Source: an uncultured delta proteobacterium
GTDB taxonomy: Bacteria > Myxococcota > Myxococcia > Myxococcales > Myxococcaceae
DNA: 64,000 nt
Assembly: GCA_963776345.1 (NCBI GenBank)
Contig: CAVZMH010000015.1
Location: forward strand, 224,001-288,000
Reading direction: 5' to 3'
Under the pieces are notes generated by a model, which was not told the origin of the DNA, searched no databases, and saw nothing but the letters and a program-made list of their open reading frames with translations. Below are positions 38,836-47,836 of this stretch, piece by piece. How positions within the stretch are numbered: the stretch's first letter is position 1; each line of letters opens with the position of its first letter. The position numbers and the translations under genes are program-made.

Positions 38836-40578
38836 GTGACCCGAATCGTTCCGACCTATCGCACAGCCGGGCCGCTGCTCGCCGGCACCCGGTCGAGCGC
38901 GATGCTCGGGCTCGAAGAGCGCGAGGCGTCGGCGCGGCCGGTGGTCCTGGTCTGGGCGCCGTCCGATCTGCCGAAGGACGAGGACCGCTTCTCCCAGCTG
39001 CAGCGAGACACGCGCCGGGCGGCCACGCTCGAGCATCCGCACATCGTCAAGGTGCACGGGCTGGCCACGCTCGAGCAGGGCCTGGCCCGCGTCGTCGAGT
39101 ACGTGGACGGCGAGTCGCTCCGTGACGTGCTCGAGCACACCGGGAAGCTGTCGCCGGCCATCGCCGGCCGCATCGCGGTGGACTGCGCCCTGGGCATCCA
39201 CTACGCGCACGTGGCCGGCAACGACGACGGCACGCCGCTGATCCACGGGGACCTGCGCCCCGAGACGGTGATGCTGGCCTTCTCCGGGCGGGCCAAGGTG
39301 GGCGGCTACGGGGCGCTCGCGGTCGCGCCGAAGGAGCCCAAGGGACAGCGGGTGGTGAACCGGCGCCGGTACTGCGCGCCCGAGCAGATCCTCGGGGGCC
39401 GCGACGCCCAGACCGCGCAGACGGACGTCTTCCTCCTCGGCCTTGTCCTCTACGAGTGCCTCACCGGGCGGATGCCCTGGGACAAGGAGACGGACTTCGA
39501 CCAGGCGGTGATGAACGCGTCGCTGCCGCTGGAGGGGTTCCCGCCCCCGGTCCAAGAGCTGCTCCGCAAGGCGACGGCCAAGCGCGCCTCGGACCGCCAC
39601 AAGACCGCGCTCGCCTTCCGGGACGCCGTGGACCAGGTGTTCGCGCCGCTCGCCACGCCGGCCGAGCTGTCGGAGCTGCTGGAGCACCACTTCCCGGCCC
39701 TGGACTCGCCACGAGCGGCGCGCAAGCAGGTGCTCGAGGCCGCGCTCGCTGCGCACGCCCGGGCCTGGGCGTCGCAGGCGCCGAAGAGCTCCGAGGCGCC
39801 CACCATCCCCATCGCGCAGCGTGAGCTGGCGGAGCTCGAGGCGCCGCGCTTCGACTGGCGCTCGAAGGTGCCGCTGGTGTTCGGCGTGGTGGTGGCCGGT
39901 GCGCTCGCGGGCGCGTTCTGGTTCCAGGCGCGCCACGCGGTGCCCAAGCCGATGCTGCTCGTTCCGCCCGGGCAGGAACAGGCGGCGGGAACCGGCACGC
40001 CCGGCGTGGCGACCGCTCCGCCCGCCGCGCCAGCCGTCGATCGCCCGCCGGCGCCGGCCATGGCGGCAGCTGCCTCCCCTGCCCCCGCCCCGCCTGCCCC
40101 GGCGCCGACCGCGCCGGTGAAGACCGGGGTGGCCGACCCGCGCCCGAGGAGCGATTTCCTCACCACCGGGCTCGACCTCGTCACCGACCCTCCGGTGGAG
40201 GTCGCGCTGGACAAGAAGCCGTTCGGACGGACGCCGCTGGTCATCCCCGCCACGCCAGGCCGGCACGTCCTGACGCTCAGCGAGGCGTCCAAGGGCATCA
40301 ACCAGTCGCGGGTGGTCGCGGTGAAGAAGGACGGCATCACCCCGCTCCGGCTGACAGTGGGCCGGGGCACGCTGTCGGTGCGCGCGCCGCAGGGCGCCCG
40401 GGTGATCGTCGACGGGCGCGTGGTGGGCTCGAGCCCCGTCGACGACCTGCATCTGTTCGAGGGGACGCACCATCTCAAGGTGACGCTGGGCGACGCCATC
40501 TGGCAGCAATCGTTCGTGCTCCGGAGCGAGCAGAGCCTGCGTTACGACGTGGAGCTGAAGCCGACCAACGGCGGCTGA
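38836..40578 (+). CDS. Membrane Ser/Thr kinase-like protein (probable pseudokinase) with PEGA-type C-terminal domains
   Basis: LEHPHIV, VEYVDGESL, HGDLRPET, YCAPEQ, DVFLLG; TM; Pro/Ala linker; PFGRTPL...PGRH. Confidence 0.85.
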   Translation: MTRIVPTYRTAGPLLAGTRSSAMLGLEEREASARPVVLVWAPSDLPKDEDRFSQLQRDTRRAATLEHPHIVKVHGLATLEQGLARVVEYVDGESLRDVLEHTGKLSPAIAGRIAVDCALGIHYAHVAGNDDGTPLIHGDLRPETVMLAFSGRAKVGGYGALAVAPKEPKGQRVVNRRRYCAPEQILGGRDAQTAQTDVFLLGLVLYECLTGRMPWDKETDFDQAVMNASLPLEGFPPPVQELLRKATAKRASDRHKTALAFRDAVDQVFAPLATPAELSELLEHHFPALDSPRAARKQVLEAALAAHARAWASQAPKSSEAPTIPIAQRELAELEAPRFDWRSKVPLVFGVVVAGALAGAFWFQARHAVPKPMLLVPPGQEQAAGTGTPGVATAPPAAPAVDRPPAPAMAAAASPAPAPPAPAPTAPVKTGVADPRPRSDFLTTGLDLVTDPPVEVALDKKPFGRTPLVIPATPGRHVLTLSEASKGINQSRVVAVKKDGITPLRLTVGRGTLSVRAPQGARVIVDGRVVGSSPVDDLHLFEGTHHLKVTLGDAIWQQSFVLRSEQSLRYDVELKPTNGG

Positions 40579-40700
40579 CCGGCGGTCGGCGCGCCCTCGG
40601 CGGGGCCTGCCGGGCCGAACTCGGGGCGGTGAAGGCTCCGCGGGCGGCGCTCGCGGTGGACGCCGAGCCCGACGACTCCGGGCGCCCAGAGTGAGGCGCT

Positions 40701-40734
40701 CGGGCGGAGGGCGGGCCGACCCGCCCCCCGCCGG
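40701..40734. terminator. Hairpin between convergent genes
   Basis: GGCGGAGGGCGGG-CCGA-CCCGCCCCCCGCC just past the stop at 40741. Confidence 0.45.
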
Positions 40735-40740
40735 GGAGCG

Positions 40741-42039
40741 CTACGGCTTGTTCTTGGCCAGCGTGAACGGCGTCGCGCAGTCCAGGTTGTAGGAGATGGC
40801 CGGGCTGGTGAGCACCGTCATGTCCGGGTAGCTGTAGGCGTGCTTGTAGGCCGAGGACGGGGACTCGCCCGCGAACCACGAGAGCAGCGCCTCGTTCTGT
40901 GGATGCCAGGTGAAGCCGTTGAGGGTGAGGGGGAAGGTGGCGTTGGGAATGCCCTCGATGACGTCCCCGTCCTCGAGGTTGTTCTGGCAGAGGCCGTTGG
41001 GTCCGACCCAGATCGGCGTGGCGTTGTTGACGAACGGATCGGAGAAGGTCTCCGACAGCTCGTGGCTCAACGCGGTGATGTCGGTGAAGCTGTCCCCGAA
41101 CAGGCCGGGGGAGATCCAGCTCGAGTAGTTCATCACGTACCGGCGCTCGCGCCAGCCGTTGCTCGCATCGCCCGGCTCGAGGTCGTAGCTGTGGTAGCCG
41201 AGGATGCAGCACTCGGCCGGGTTGCCGGCAGCATCCGGGATGTAGAGGTAAGTGTTGTTGAAGAGGAAGGTGGAGATGTCGCGGGTGGAAACGTCCCCGG
41301 CGTTCTCCGCCGCGCCGATCACCGTGCTGGTGTCATCGGCGGTGGGGGGGAAGAGCAGGCTGCCGAAGGCGTCTGCGTTCACCAGGACGTAGACCAGGTT
41401 GCAGTTGGCATCGGCCGCGAAGCGGTAGGTCCCGCGGATGAGGACCATGGTCCGCGGCGTCTTCGCCGCCGGACGCAGCAGGGTGTGCCAGTCGTCGTCC
41501 GCGTGCTTGAAGAACTGGGCGCGGTGGACGGCATCGGTGTACTGGGTGGGCCGATCGCTCGAGCCATAGCGCGCGTTCTGGAAGATCGGCGAGGCCAGCA
41601 CCGCACTCAGGTACTTCGATCCGTCGAGAACCATCCGCACCTGGCTCCCGTCGGGGTTGGTGCAGTAGCGGGGCGAGCCGTCGAAGTTCCGCAGATCGAT
41701 CGTCACCGGGACGATCGGGGCGTTGATCGTCGTGGTGTGGTCGCTCGCGGCCGGGCCGATCGGAGGCCTGCCCACCATGGTGTACGGCCAGGTGAACTGC
41801 GGGAACCCGCCCGAGGAGGTGGGCACCAGGCCGGGGTAGTAGAAGTAGCTGGAGAAGTTCGGGATGGAGTCGACCCCGAGCACGCTTCCGTTCGCAGTGC
41901 GCCCGACCACCCCTCCACCTGCCGCGTCGGATCCTCCGAGCGGATGGCGCAGCACCTTCAGTTGGTATTCGGTCGGCAGCCGGTCGTCATCGACCGCCGC
42001 CGCGGACAGCACCACCGCAGCAACGACACTCAGAACCAT
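40741..42039 (-). CDS. Secreted protein with HExxE motif (EXORDIUM/Phi-1-like or metallopeptidase-like)
   Basis: Signal peptide MVLSVVAAVVLSAAA; CCILGYH, SHELSETFSDP, LEDGD; GAGGGGG RBS. Confidence 0.75.
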   Translation of the reverse strand: MVLSVVAAVVLSAAAVDDDRLPTEYQLKVLRHPLGGSDAAGGGVVGRTANGSVLGVDSIPNFSSYFYYPGLVPTSSGGFPQFTWPYTMVGRPPIGPAASDHTTTINAPIVPVTIDLRNFDGSPRYCTNPDGSQVRMVLDGSKYLSAVLASPIFQNARYGSSDRPTQYTDAVHRAQFFKHADDDWHTLLRPAAKTPRTMVLIRGTYRFAADANCNLVYVLVNADAFGSLLFPPTADDTSTVIGAAENAGDVSTRDISTFLFNNTYLYIPDAAGNPAECCILGYHSYDLEPGDASNGWRERRYVMNYSSWISPGLFGDSFTDITALSHELSETFSDPFVNNATPIWVGPNGLCQNNLEDGDVIEGIPNATFPLTLNGFTWHPQNEALLSWFAGESPSSAYKHAYSYPDMTVLTSPAISYNLDCATPFTLAKNKP

Positions 42040-42322
42040 AGGGATTTCCCCCTCGTCGGGTGAGCAACCGGGGGAGCGTGCCCAAGGCTGCGACGAGCAT
42101 GCAAGGCAACGTGCGCGTGGGTAAGACATCACCCAGGCACTGTCGCCATCCGGATGCAGCTGCGTTTGTCCGCGACCGAACGTCGCTGACGCCAGGGCCC
42201 GCTCGTGCAACCGGTGGGCGGGAGCGGTGCCGCGCCCTCGGGAGAGAGCGGCCTGACAGTCGATCACATCTGTCAGATCCCGGCGCTCTCGGGAATCCGT
42301 GGGCTCGCCGAGGAGCGAGGAC

Positions 42323-42712
42323 CTAGCCCTCCGGATGGTGGCTGAGCGCGATCCGGTTCCCCTCGGGGTCCCGGACGTACAGGGTCCACCGGGTCTCGTG
42401 CACCAGCGGGACCCCGCGGCGCTCGAGCTCGGACCGGATGCGCTCTCGATCGACGCGGGCGATGCGCAAGGCGACCAGGAACAGGCCGGGGCGGCCGTCG
42501 CGGAAGGCGGGGTCGGGCGACGGCGCCACCTCCACCCGCTCGAGCGCGAGGAACGCGCCGCCGCCCACGTCGAGCCAGATGCTCCGGAGCCGTCCGTCCG
42601 GGGCGTGGTGCCGCTCGAGCTCCGGCAGCCCGATCACCTCGCGGTAGAAGCTCGCCACGTCCTCCAGCGCATGCACCTGGACGGCGACGTGGTGGAATCC
42701 CTCCACCCTCAC
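42323..42712 (-). CDS. VOC/glyoxalase family protein
   Basis: FHHVAVQV..LE...FY..VIGL, LYVRDPEGNRI; GTGA overlap with upstream gene. Confidence 0.9.
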   Translation of the reverse strand: MRVEGFHHVAVQVHALEDVASFYREVIGLPELERHHAPDGRLRSIWLDVGGGAFLALERVEVAPSPDPAFRDGRPGLFLVALRIARVDRERIRSELERRGVPLVHETRWTLYVRDPEGNRIALSHHPEG

Positions 42713-43665
42713 CCGGACTCTCCCGGATTCCAGGGCGCCATCGGCCCGACCGGACGGGCCTCCACGACGTCCGGGCCGACCAGCGTCGCCCGGGGAACCG
42801 GCGCGGGCGGCGCGGGCCTCGGCGGAGCGGCGGGCAGTGCGCCCTCGCGATCGAGCACCAGGGCGGCCAGCGAATCGAGGCGGACGAGCGTGCCCAGCGC
42901 CTCGACCAGCGCCACCAGCAGCAGCGCGGTTCCGGCTGCCGCCGCCGCGGCCCGGCCCGGCGCGGGGGCCCCCGCCGCCATCACCTGGACTCCGCCGGCC
43001 AGCAGGCCCGCCGGCACGGCGGTGACCACCCAGGCCAGGAAGAGAAAGCCCGGGCGAGCGAGCAACGTGCCGAAGGCCTCGCCTGCCGCGGCAGCGAGCC
43101 TCACCGGCCGCACCACCGAGACCACCAGCCCGAGCTCCAGCCACAGCGCCGCCGCCGGCCCGAGGAACATCCCCAGGGTCAGCACCAGCGCTACCCCGGC
43201 CGCGCCGAGGAGCGAGACCACCGGGCCACCGAGCGCCAGGGCCACGCCGCTGGAGACGAGCACGCTCCAGAACCAGCCGGTCAGGAGCAGGTCCAGGACC
43301 GCCGCGGCCGCCGCCCAGAGGATGCCCCGGAGGCCGGCCGTCGGCGGAGACACGCCCGCCTTCCCTGAGCCGGTCCGCAGCCGGGTCGCTCCGGAGTTCA
43401 CGGCGACCGCCAGCACCACCGCCCGGCCGAGCGACGCCGCCAGGAGGAGTCCCCCGCCGCCCAGCAGCAGCGTCCGGTCCAGCCGGAGCTCCGGGTCGGC
43501 CAGGAACAGCGCGGGCCAGAGGGTGCGCTGGACCGCCTGGGTCACGGCCAGCACGCCGGCGAGCACCAGGAGCGGAGGGAGCGACGACACGGCGGCGCGC
43601 GCGCCCAGCCGGAGCAACCACCCGGCACCGGCGGCCGGGCGCTCCGCCGCCGGATCCGGGCTCAT
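42709..43665 (-). CDS. Multi-pass membrane protein of unknown function
   Basis: About 6-7 hydrophobic segments; ATGA overlap with mlaD stop. Confidence 0.7.
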   Translation of the reverse strand: MSPDPAAERPAAGAGWLLRLGARAAVSSLPPLLVLAGVLAVTQAVQRTLWPALFLADPELRLDRTLLLGGGGLLLAASLGRAVVLAVAVNSGATRLRTGSGKAGVSPPTAGLRGILWAAAAAVLDLLLTGWFWSVLVSSGVALALGGPVVSLLGAAGVALVLTLGMFLGPAAALWLELGLVVSVVRPVRLAAAAGEAFGTLLARPGFLFLAWVVTAVPAGLLAGGVQVMAAGAPAPGRAAAAAAGTALLLVALVEALGTLVRLDSLAALVLDREGALPAAPPRPAPPAPVPRATLVGPDVVEARPVGPMAPWNPGESG

Positions 43666-44861
43666 CGCGTCGCGTCCGTGGAACCGGAGGGCGGCGCCGG
43701 CGGAGGCGACACGGTGCTCATCGGCCGCCCGTCCACCGGATGTCCGGCCTGCTCGAGCCCGCCCCGGTTGCTCACCGTGATGCGCACCAATTCTTGAAGC
43801 ACCTTGTTCCGCTTCACGTTGCCCAGGACCGTCCGCAGGTCGTCGTAGACGCTGGGGTCCACCACCAGCGCGCCCAGCGTCCCCTCCCCCGCGCGGATCT
43901 TCGCGGCGATGACCCGGAGGTCCTCGGACATCGCGCCCAGGTTCTGGAAGAGGTGCCGGGCATCGCCGTACACCAGCTGGTGGATGGCCCCGTTCTCGCT
44001 CGTCCGGGCGTCGTGGAGCAGCACCGACAGCTCGCCGGCCGCGTCTCCCAGCGCGCCCACCGCCTTGCCGGCCTTGGGGTCGTAGAGCAGCGCGTGCAGG
44101 GCGCCGTCCCCGGTCCGCGCGCCCTCGAGCACCAGTGTGACTTGCTCCAGAGCCTTTTCCGCCTGCGTCGAGAGGTCCGCGACGTTGACCAGGAGGCGGT
44201 GCGTCTCGGCCGCGCCCTTCGGGTCGTAGATCAGCGCATGGAGCGCGCCGTTCCCCTTCTCGATGCCCTGGAGGATGCCCCGGGCGCTGGCGATGGCCGC
44301 GGTGAGGTTCTTGGCCACGTCGGGCCCGGCGAAGGCGTCGGTGAGCTTGCGCACGTTGGCGCTGCTGGCGACGAGGTTCTCCATCAGCTCGCCGCCGGAC
44401 TTGAGCAGCGTCGCCAGGTCCCCGGACGAGCCGCTGGGGATGGCACCGTTGGGGGGGATCGGATCGCCCTCGGAGGTCCCGAGCGAGATGTCGATCGCCT
44501 TGTCCCCCAGCACGCCGCGCCCGCTCACCCGGGCCACGCAGTCGGTGCGGACGCGCGGGGCGAAGCTCTTCGACATCTCGATGGTCACGTCGATCTTCTT
44601 GTCCCCCAGGTCCGGGGAGAAGGAGATGGACACCACCCGGCCCACCTCCAGGCCGCCGAGCCACACCGGCGAGTCGCGCTTCAGGCCCTCCACGTTCTCG
44701 AAGAACGCATGGTAGGGGACCTGGCGGTCGAAGAGCCGGTTCTCCTTGCCGATGATGAGGACCACCAGCCCGAAGAGCAGCAGCGCCAGGCCCACGAACA
44801 GCCCGGCCCGGACGATCAGGCGGCGTTCACGCTGCGTGGCGGTCTCGGCGGTCTTCTCCAT
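43662..44861 (-). CDS. mlaD: MCE/MlaD family protein
   Basis: N-terminal TM, VEGLKRDSPVWLGGLEVGRV, GVLGDKAIDI, long helical tail with GNGALHALIYD repeats. Confidence 0.9.
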   Translation of the reverse strand: MEKTAETATQRERRLIVRAGLFVGLALLLFGLVVLIIGKENRLFDRQVPYHAFFENVEGLKRDSPVWLGGLEVGRVVSISFSPDLGDKKIDVTIEMSKSFAPRVRTDCVARVSGRGVLGDKAIDISLGTSEGDPIPPNGAIPSGSSGDLATLLKSGGELMENLVASSANVRKLTDAFAGPDVAKNLTAAIASARGILQGIEKGNGALHALIYDPKGAAETHRLLVNVADLSTQAEKALEQVTLVLEGARTGDGALHALLYDPKAGKAVGALGDAAGELSVLLHDARTSENGAIHQLVYGDARHLFQNLGAMSEDLRVIAAKIRAGEGTLGALVVDPSVYDDLRTVLGNVKRNKVLQELVRITVSNRGGLEQAGHPVDGRPMSTVSPPPAPPSGSTDATR

Positions 44862-44864
44862 GGC

Positions 44865-45650
44865 TCAGTCCGGCCGGGCCTCGCCCTTCCGCGCGTCGAG
44901 GAAGGCCCGGACCTCCTTCGCGGTGCTGGCCCTCATCTCGGCCACCGTTCCGACCTGCACGATGTGCCGGTTGGCCAGCAGGGCGACGCGGTCCGACACG
45001 GTGAAGGCGCTCTGCATGTCGTGGGTGACCACGATGGAGGTGCACTTCAGCTTAGTCCGCATGCTGCGGATCAGCTCGTCGATGGTGCGGGTGCTGATCG
45101 GGTCCAGCCCGGTGGTGGGCTCGTCCCAGAGGATGACCTCCGGCTCGGTGGCGATGGCCCGGGCCAGCCCCACCCGCCGCCGCATGCCGCCGGAGAGGTC
45201 CGAGGGCCGCATCGCCTCGATGCCCGGCAGGTTCACCAGTCCCAGCACCCGGGCCACCCTCTGGGTCCGCTCCTCGCCGGACATGTCGGGGAAGTGCTCG
45301 CGGAGCGGGTACTCGATGTTCTCGCCCACCGAGATGCTGTCGAACAGGGCCGAGGCCTGGAAGACCATGGCAACCCGCCGCCGGACGGGGAGGAACTCCT
45401 TCTCCCCGTACCCCGAGAGGTCCTGCCCGTCGAAGACGATGCGCCCGCCGTCGGGGTCCATCAGCCCGATGAGGCACTTGAGGAGAACGCTCTTGCCGGC
45501 GCCCGAGCCGCCGATGACGGCGAGCGTCTCGCCGCGACGCACCTCGAGCGACAGGTCGTCGAAGACCACCTTGGGACCGAAGGCCTTGTGGATGCCCTCG
45601 AAGCGGATCAGCGCCTCGGACGGGGCGGGCGCGGCGGCGGGCGCGGTCAT
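44865..45650 (-). CDS. mlaF: ABC transporter ATPase, MlaF type
   Basis: GGSGAGKS, FQASALFDS, LSGGMRRRVGLARA, DEPTTGLDP, VTHD. Confidence 0.9.
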   Translation of the reverse strand: MTAPAAAPAPSEALIRFEGIHKAFGPKVVFDDLSLEVRRGETLAVIGGSGAGKSVLLKCLIGLMDPDGGRIVFDGQDLSGYGEKEFLPVRRRVAMVFQASALFDSISVGENIEYPLREHFPDMSGEERTQRVARVLGLVNLPGIEAMRPSDLSGGMRRRVGLARAIATEPEVILWDEPTTGLDPISTRTIDELIRSMRTKLKCTSIVVTHDMQSAFTVSDRVALLANRHIVQVGTVAEMRASTAKEVRAFLDARKGEARPD

Positions 45651-46498
45651 GTGATGGTGAGCAGCAGCTTGGTCAGGAAGAAATCGGCGAGCAAGACCGC
45701 CACCGAGGCCACGGCGACCGTCTGGGTGGTGGCCCGGCCCACCCCTTCGGTGCCGCCCTGGACGTTGAAGCCCTTGTAGCAGCCCACCACGGCGATGATC
45801 AGGCCGAACACCACCGACTTCAAGACGCCGGAGATGAAGTCGCTCTCGTCCACGGTTTCCAGGGCCGAGGTGAAGAACTGGGCGAAGGAGATGTCGTACT
45901 CGAACTTGGTCACCAACGCGCCGGCGAGGAACCCGGTCACGTCGGCCAGCACGGTGAGCATCGGCATCACCACCAGGCAAGCGTAGACCCGCGGCACCAC
46001 CAGCTTCTTGATCGGGTCGGCGCCGAGCGCGCGTACGGCGTCCACCTGCTCGGTGACGGTCATCGACCCGAGCTCCGCGGCGATGCCGCTGCCGATGCGC
46101 GCTCCCACGGTGAGGGCGGTGAGCACCGGCGCCAGCTCGCGGAAGAGCGTCAGCACCACCACCTTGCCCACCGTGTGCTGCACGCCGAAGCGGGCGAGGA
46201 AGAAGCCGAACTGGATGGCGATGACCAGGCCGGCGAAGGCCGCGGTCAGGGTTCCGATGGCCACCGAGCGCGCTCCCAGCGACTCGATCTGGTAGACGAT
46301 CGCCGCGAGGCTCGAGGGCGGCCGCACCCCGCGGGCCAGGGCGCGGCCACCGAGGACGAAGATCCCGCCCATCTGCTCCACGCCCGCGCGGAGCTTGTCC
46401 CTGAAGGGGAGGAGGCTCTCCAGCTCCTGGCCGACGAGCGCGCCCAGCGACTCGCGGTCCGATTCCTCCGAGCTGTACTCGCCGTCCGGCGCCGTCAC
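45647..46498 (-). CDS. mlaE: ABC transporter permease, MlaE type
   Basis: RELAPVLTAL..GARIGSGIAAELGSMTVTEQVDA, GGTEGVGRATT. Confidence 0.92.
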   Translation of the reverse strand: MTAPDGEYSSEESDRESLGALVGQELESLLPFRDKLRAGVEQMGGIFVLGGRALARGVRPPSSLAAIVYQIESLGARSVAIGTLTAAFAGLVIAIQFGFFLARFGVQHTVGKVVVLTLFRELAPVLTALTVGARIGSGIAAELGSMTVTEQVDAVRALGADPIKKLVVPRVYACLVVMPMLTVLADVTGFLAGALVTKFEYDISFAQFFTSALETVDESDFISGVLKSVVFGLIIAVVGCYKGFNVQGGTEGVGRATTQTVAVASVAVLLADFFLTKLLLTIT

Positions 46499-47001
46499 TT
46501 CACCCGCTCCGTCCCGAAGCCCTGCACCAGCCGGGCGAGCGCCTGCGACTGCTGGTCGTAGGCGCCGCTCGGGCTGGTGTACGTGAAGTCGTAGATGCAC
46601 CCATCCTTCTTCAGCGTCCAGAGCCCCAGCTCCACCGGGACGCCGTCGAGCTTCGCCCGCCAGCGCGAGAACAGTGCCGCCCGGCCGTCCAGCATCTCCT
46701 CCCGCTCCTCCACCCTTTCGGCCTGGGTGAAGCCCACCAGTTGCTGCCGGCGCAGCGCGGTGAGGGGGGCCTCCAGGTAGTCGTGGCACATGGAGTTGAC
46801 CGACAGGGTGTGGCCACTGGAGTCTCGCACCCAGGTCACGTCCACGTCGCCGAGCGACACCCGGCGCCAGTCGGGCCCCGGCTCGCCGAACCGGTAGCGG
46901 GTCCGCTCCTTGCTCACCTTCCCTTGCTGGACCCTCACCCCGGAGCAGGCGCCGAGGGCGAGGGCGCCGATCAGGAGAGCAGCGGCGGGACGGAGGGGCA
47001 C
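46495..47001 (-). CDS. Lipoprotein of unknown function, first gene of the Mla operon
   Basis: Lipobox LGAC; LDGRAA...LDGVPV...KDGCIYDF; GTGA overlap with mlaE. Confidence 0.75.
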   Translation of the reverse strand: MPLRPAAALLIGALALGACSGVRVQQGKVSKERTRYRFGEPGPDWRRVSLGDVDVTWVRDSSGHTLSVNSMCHDYLEAPLTALRRQQLVGFTQAERVEEREEMLDGRAALFSRWRAKLDGVPVELGLWTLKKDGCIYDFTYTSPSGAYDQQSQALARLVQGFGTERVK

Positions 47002-47074
47002 GGGTGAGCCGAGACCTTCCCACAGCCTCGCCGGCGCGGTGCAGTCCTTTCGGGCCGCGGCGGAAGTGTTGACT

Positions 47075-47091
47075 CTGCACGCCCGTTCAGG
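47075..47091 (+). promoter_or_regulatory. Myxococcus-type LexA (SOS) box CTGCACGCCCGTTCAGG
   Basis: Matches the M. xanthus consensus CTRHAMRYBYGTTCAGS at all 17 positions; directly after TTGACT (-35-like, 47069-47074), 41 nt upstream of lexA. Confidence 0.85.
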
Positions 47092-47132
47092 CAGGGTGAA
47101 GCTCGCTTGGAGAGCTTCCTGCGGAGGGCACG

Positions 47133-47786
47133 ATGGAAGAGCTGACCAGCAGACAGCGGGAGATCCTCCATTTCATCGTCCGGCAGACCGAGGAGCGCGG
47201 CTTCCCCCCCACCATCCGTGAGATCGGCGAGGAGATGGACATCCGGTCCACCAACGGGGTGAACGATCACCTCAAGGCCCTCGAGCGCAAGGGATACCTC
47301 CTCCGCGGAGAGCAGCAGTCCCGGGCGCTGGTTCCCACCAAGCGGGCCAGGCTGGTGCTGGGGATGGGCGCGCCACGCCGTGACTCCGGGATGATCGAGG
47401 TTCCGCTGCTGGGCAAGGTAGCGGCCGGCGCACCGCTGCTCGCGGTGGAGAACGTCGAGGACTCGGTCCGCATCGACAGCTTTCTGCTCGGCGGCAACGG
47501 GAAGGAAGTGTTCGCGCTCAGGGTGAAGGGCGACTCGATGGTCGACGACGGCATCCACGATGGGGACTACCTCTTCGTGCGGAAGACGCCCACCGCCCGC
47601 GAGGGCGAGATCGTCGTGGCGCTCATCGAGGACGAGGCGACCTGCAAGCGCTACTATCCGGAGGGCGACCGCATCCGGTTCCAGCCGGCGAACAAGACCA
47701 TGGCGCCCATCTATGTCCACCGGTCCCAGTTCCGCTCGACGATGATCCTCGGGCAGGTGGTGGGCGTGTACCGGAAGGTGCACTGA
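47133..47786 (+). CDS. lexA: SOS repressor LexA
   Basis: LTSRQ..., [26 protein letters not shown] cleavage site, GDSM Ser, TCKR Lys. Confidence 0.97.
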   Translation: MEELTSRQREILHFIVRQTEERGFPPTIREIGEEMDIRSTNGVNDHLKALERKGYLLRGEQQSRALVPTKRARLVLGMGAPRRDSGMIEVPLLGKVAAGAPLLAVENVEDSVRIDSFLLGGNGKEVFALRVKGDSMVDDGIHDGDYLFVRKTPTAREGEIVVALIEDEATCKRYYPEGDRIRFQPANKTMAPIYVHRSQFRSTMILGQVVGVYRKVH

Positions 47787-47836
47787 GGCTCAGAGCCACC
47801 GGCCAGGCGGCCCCAACCCTCCCACCACCCAGACGT

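Noticed and set aside
42097..42116. Possible sigma54 promoter (CGCACG-N5-TTGC on the minus strand)
   Set aside because: Lacks the -24 GG and the spacing is one base off consensus.
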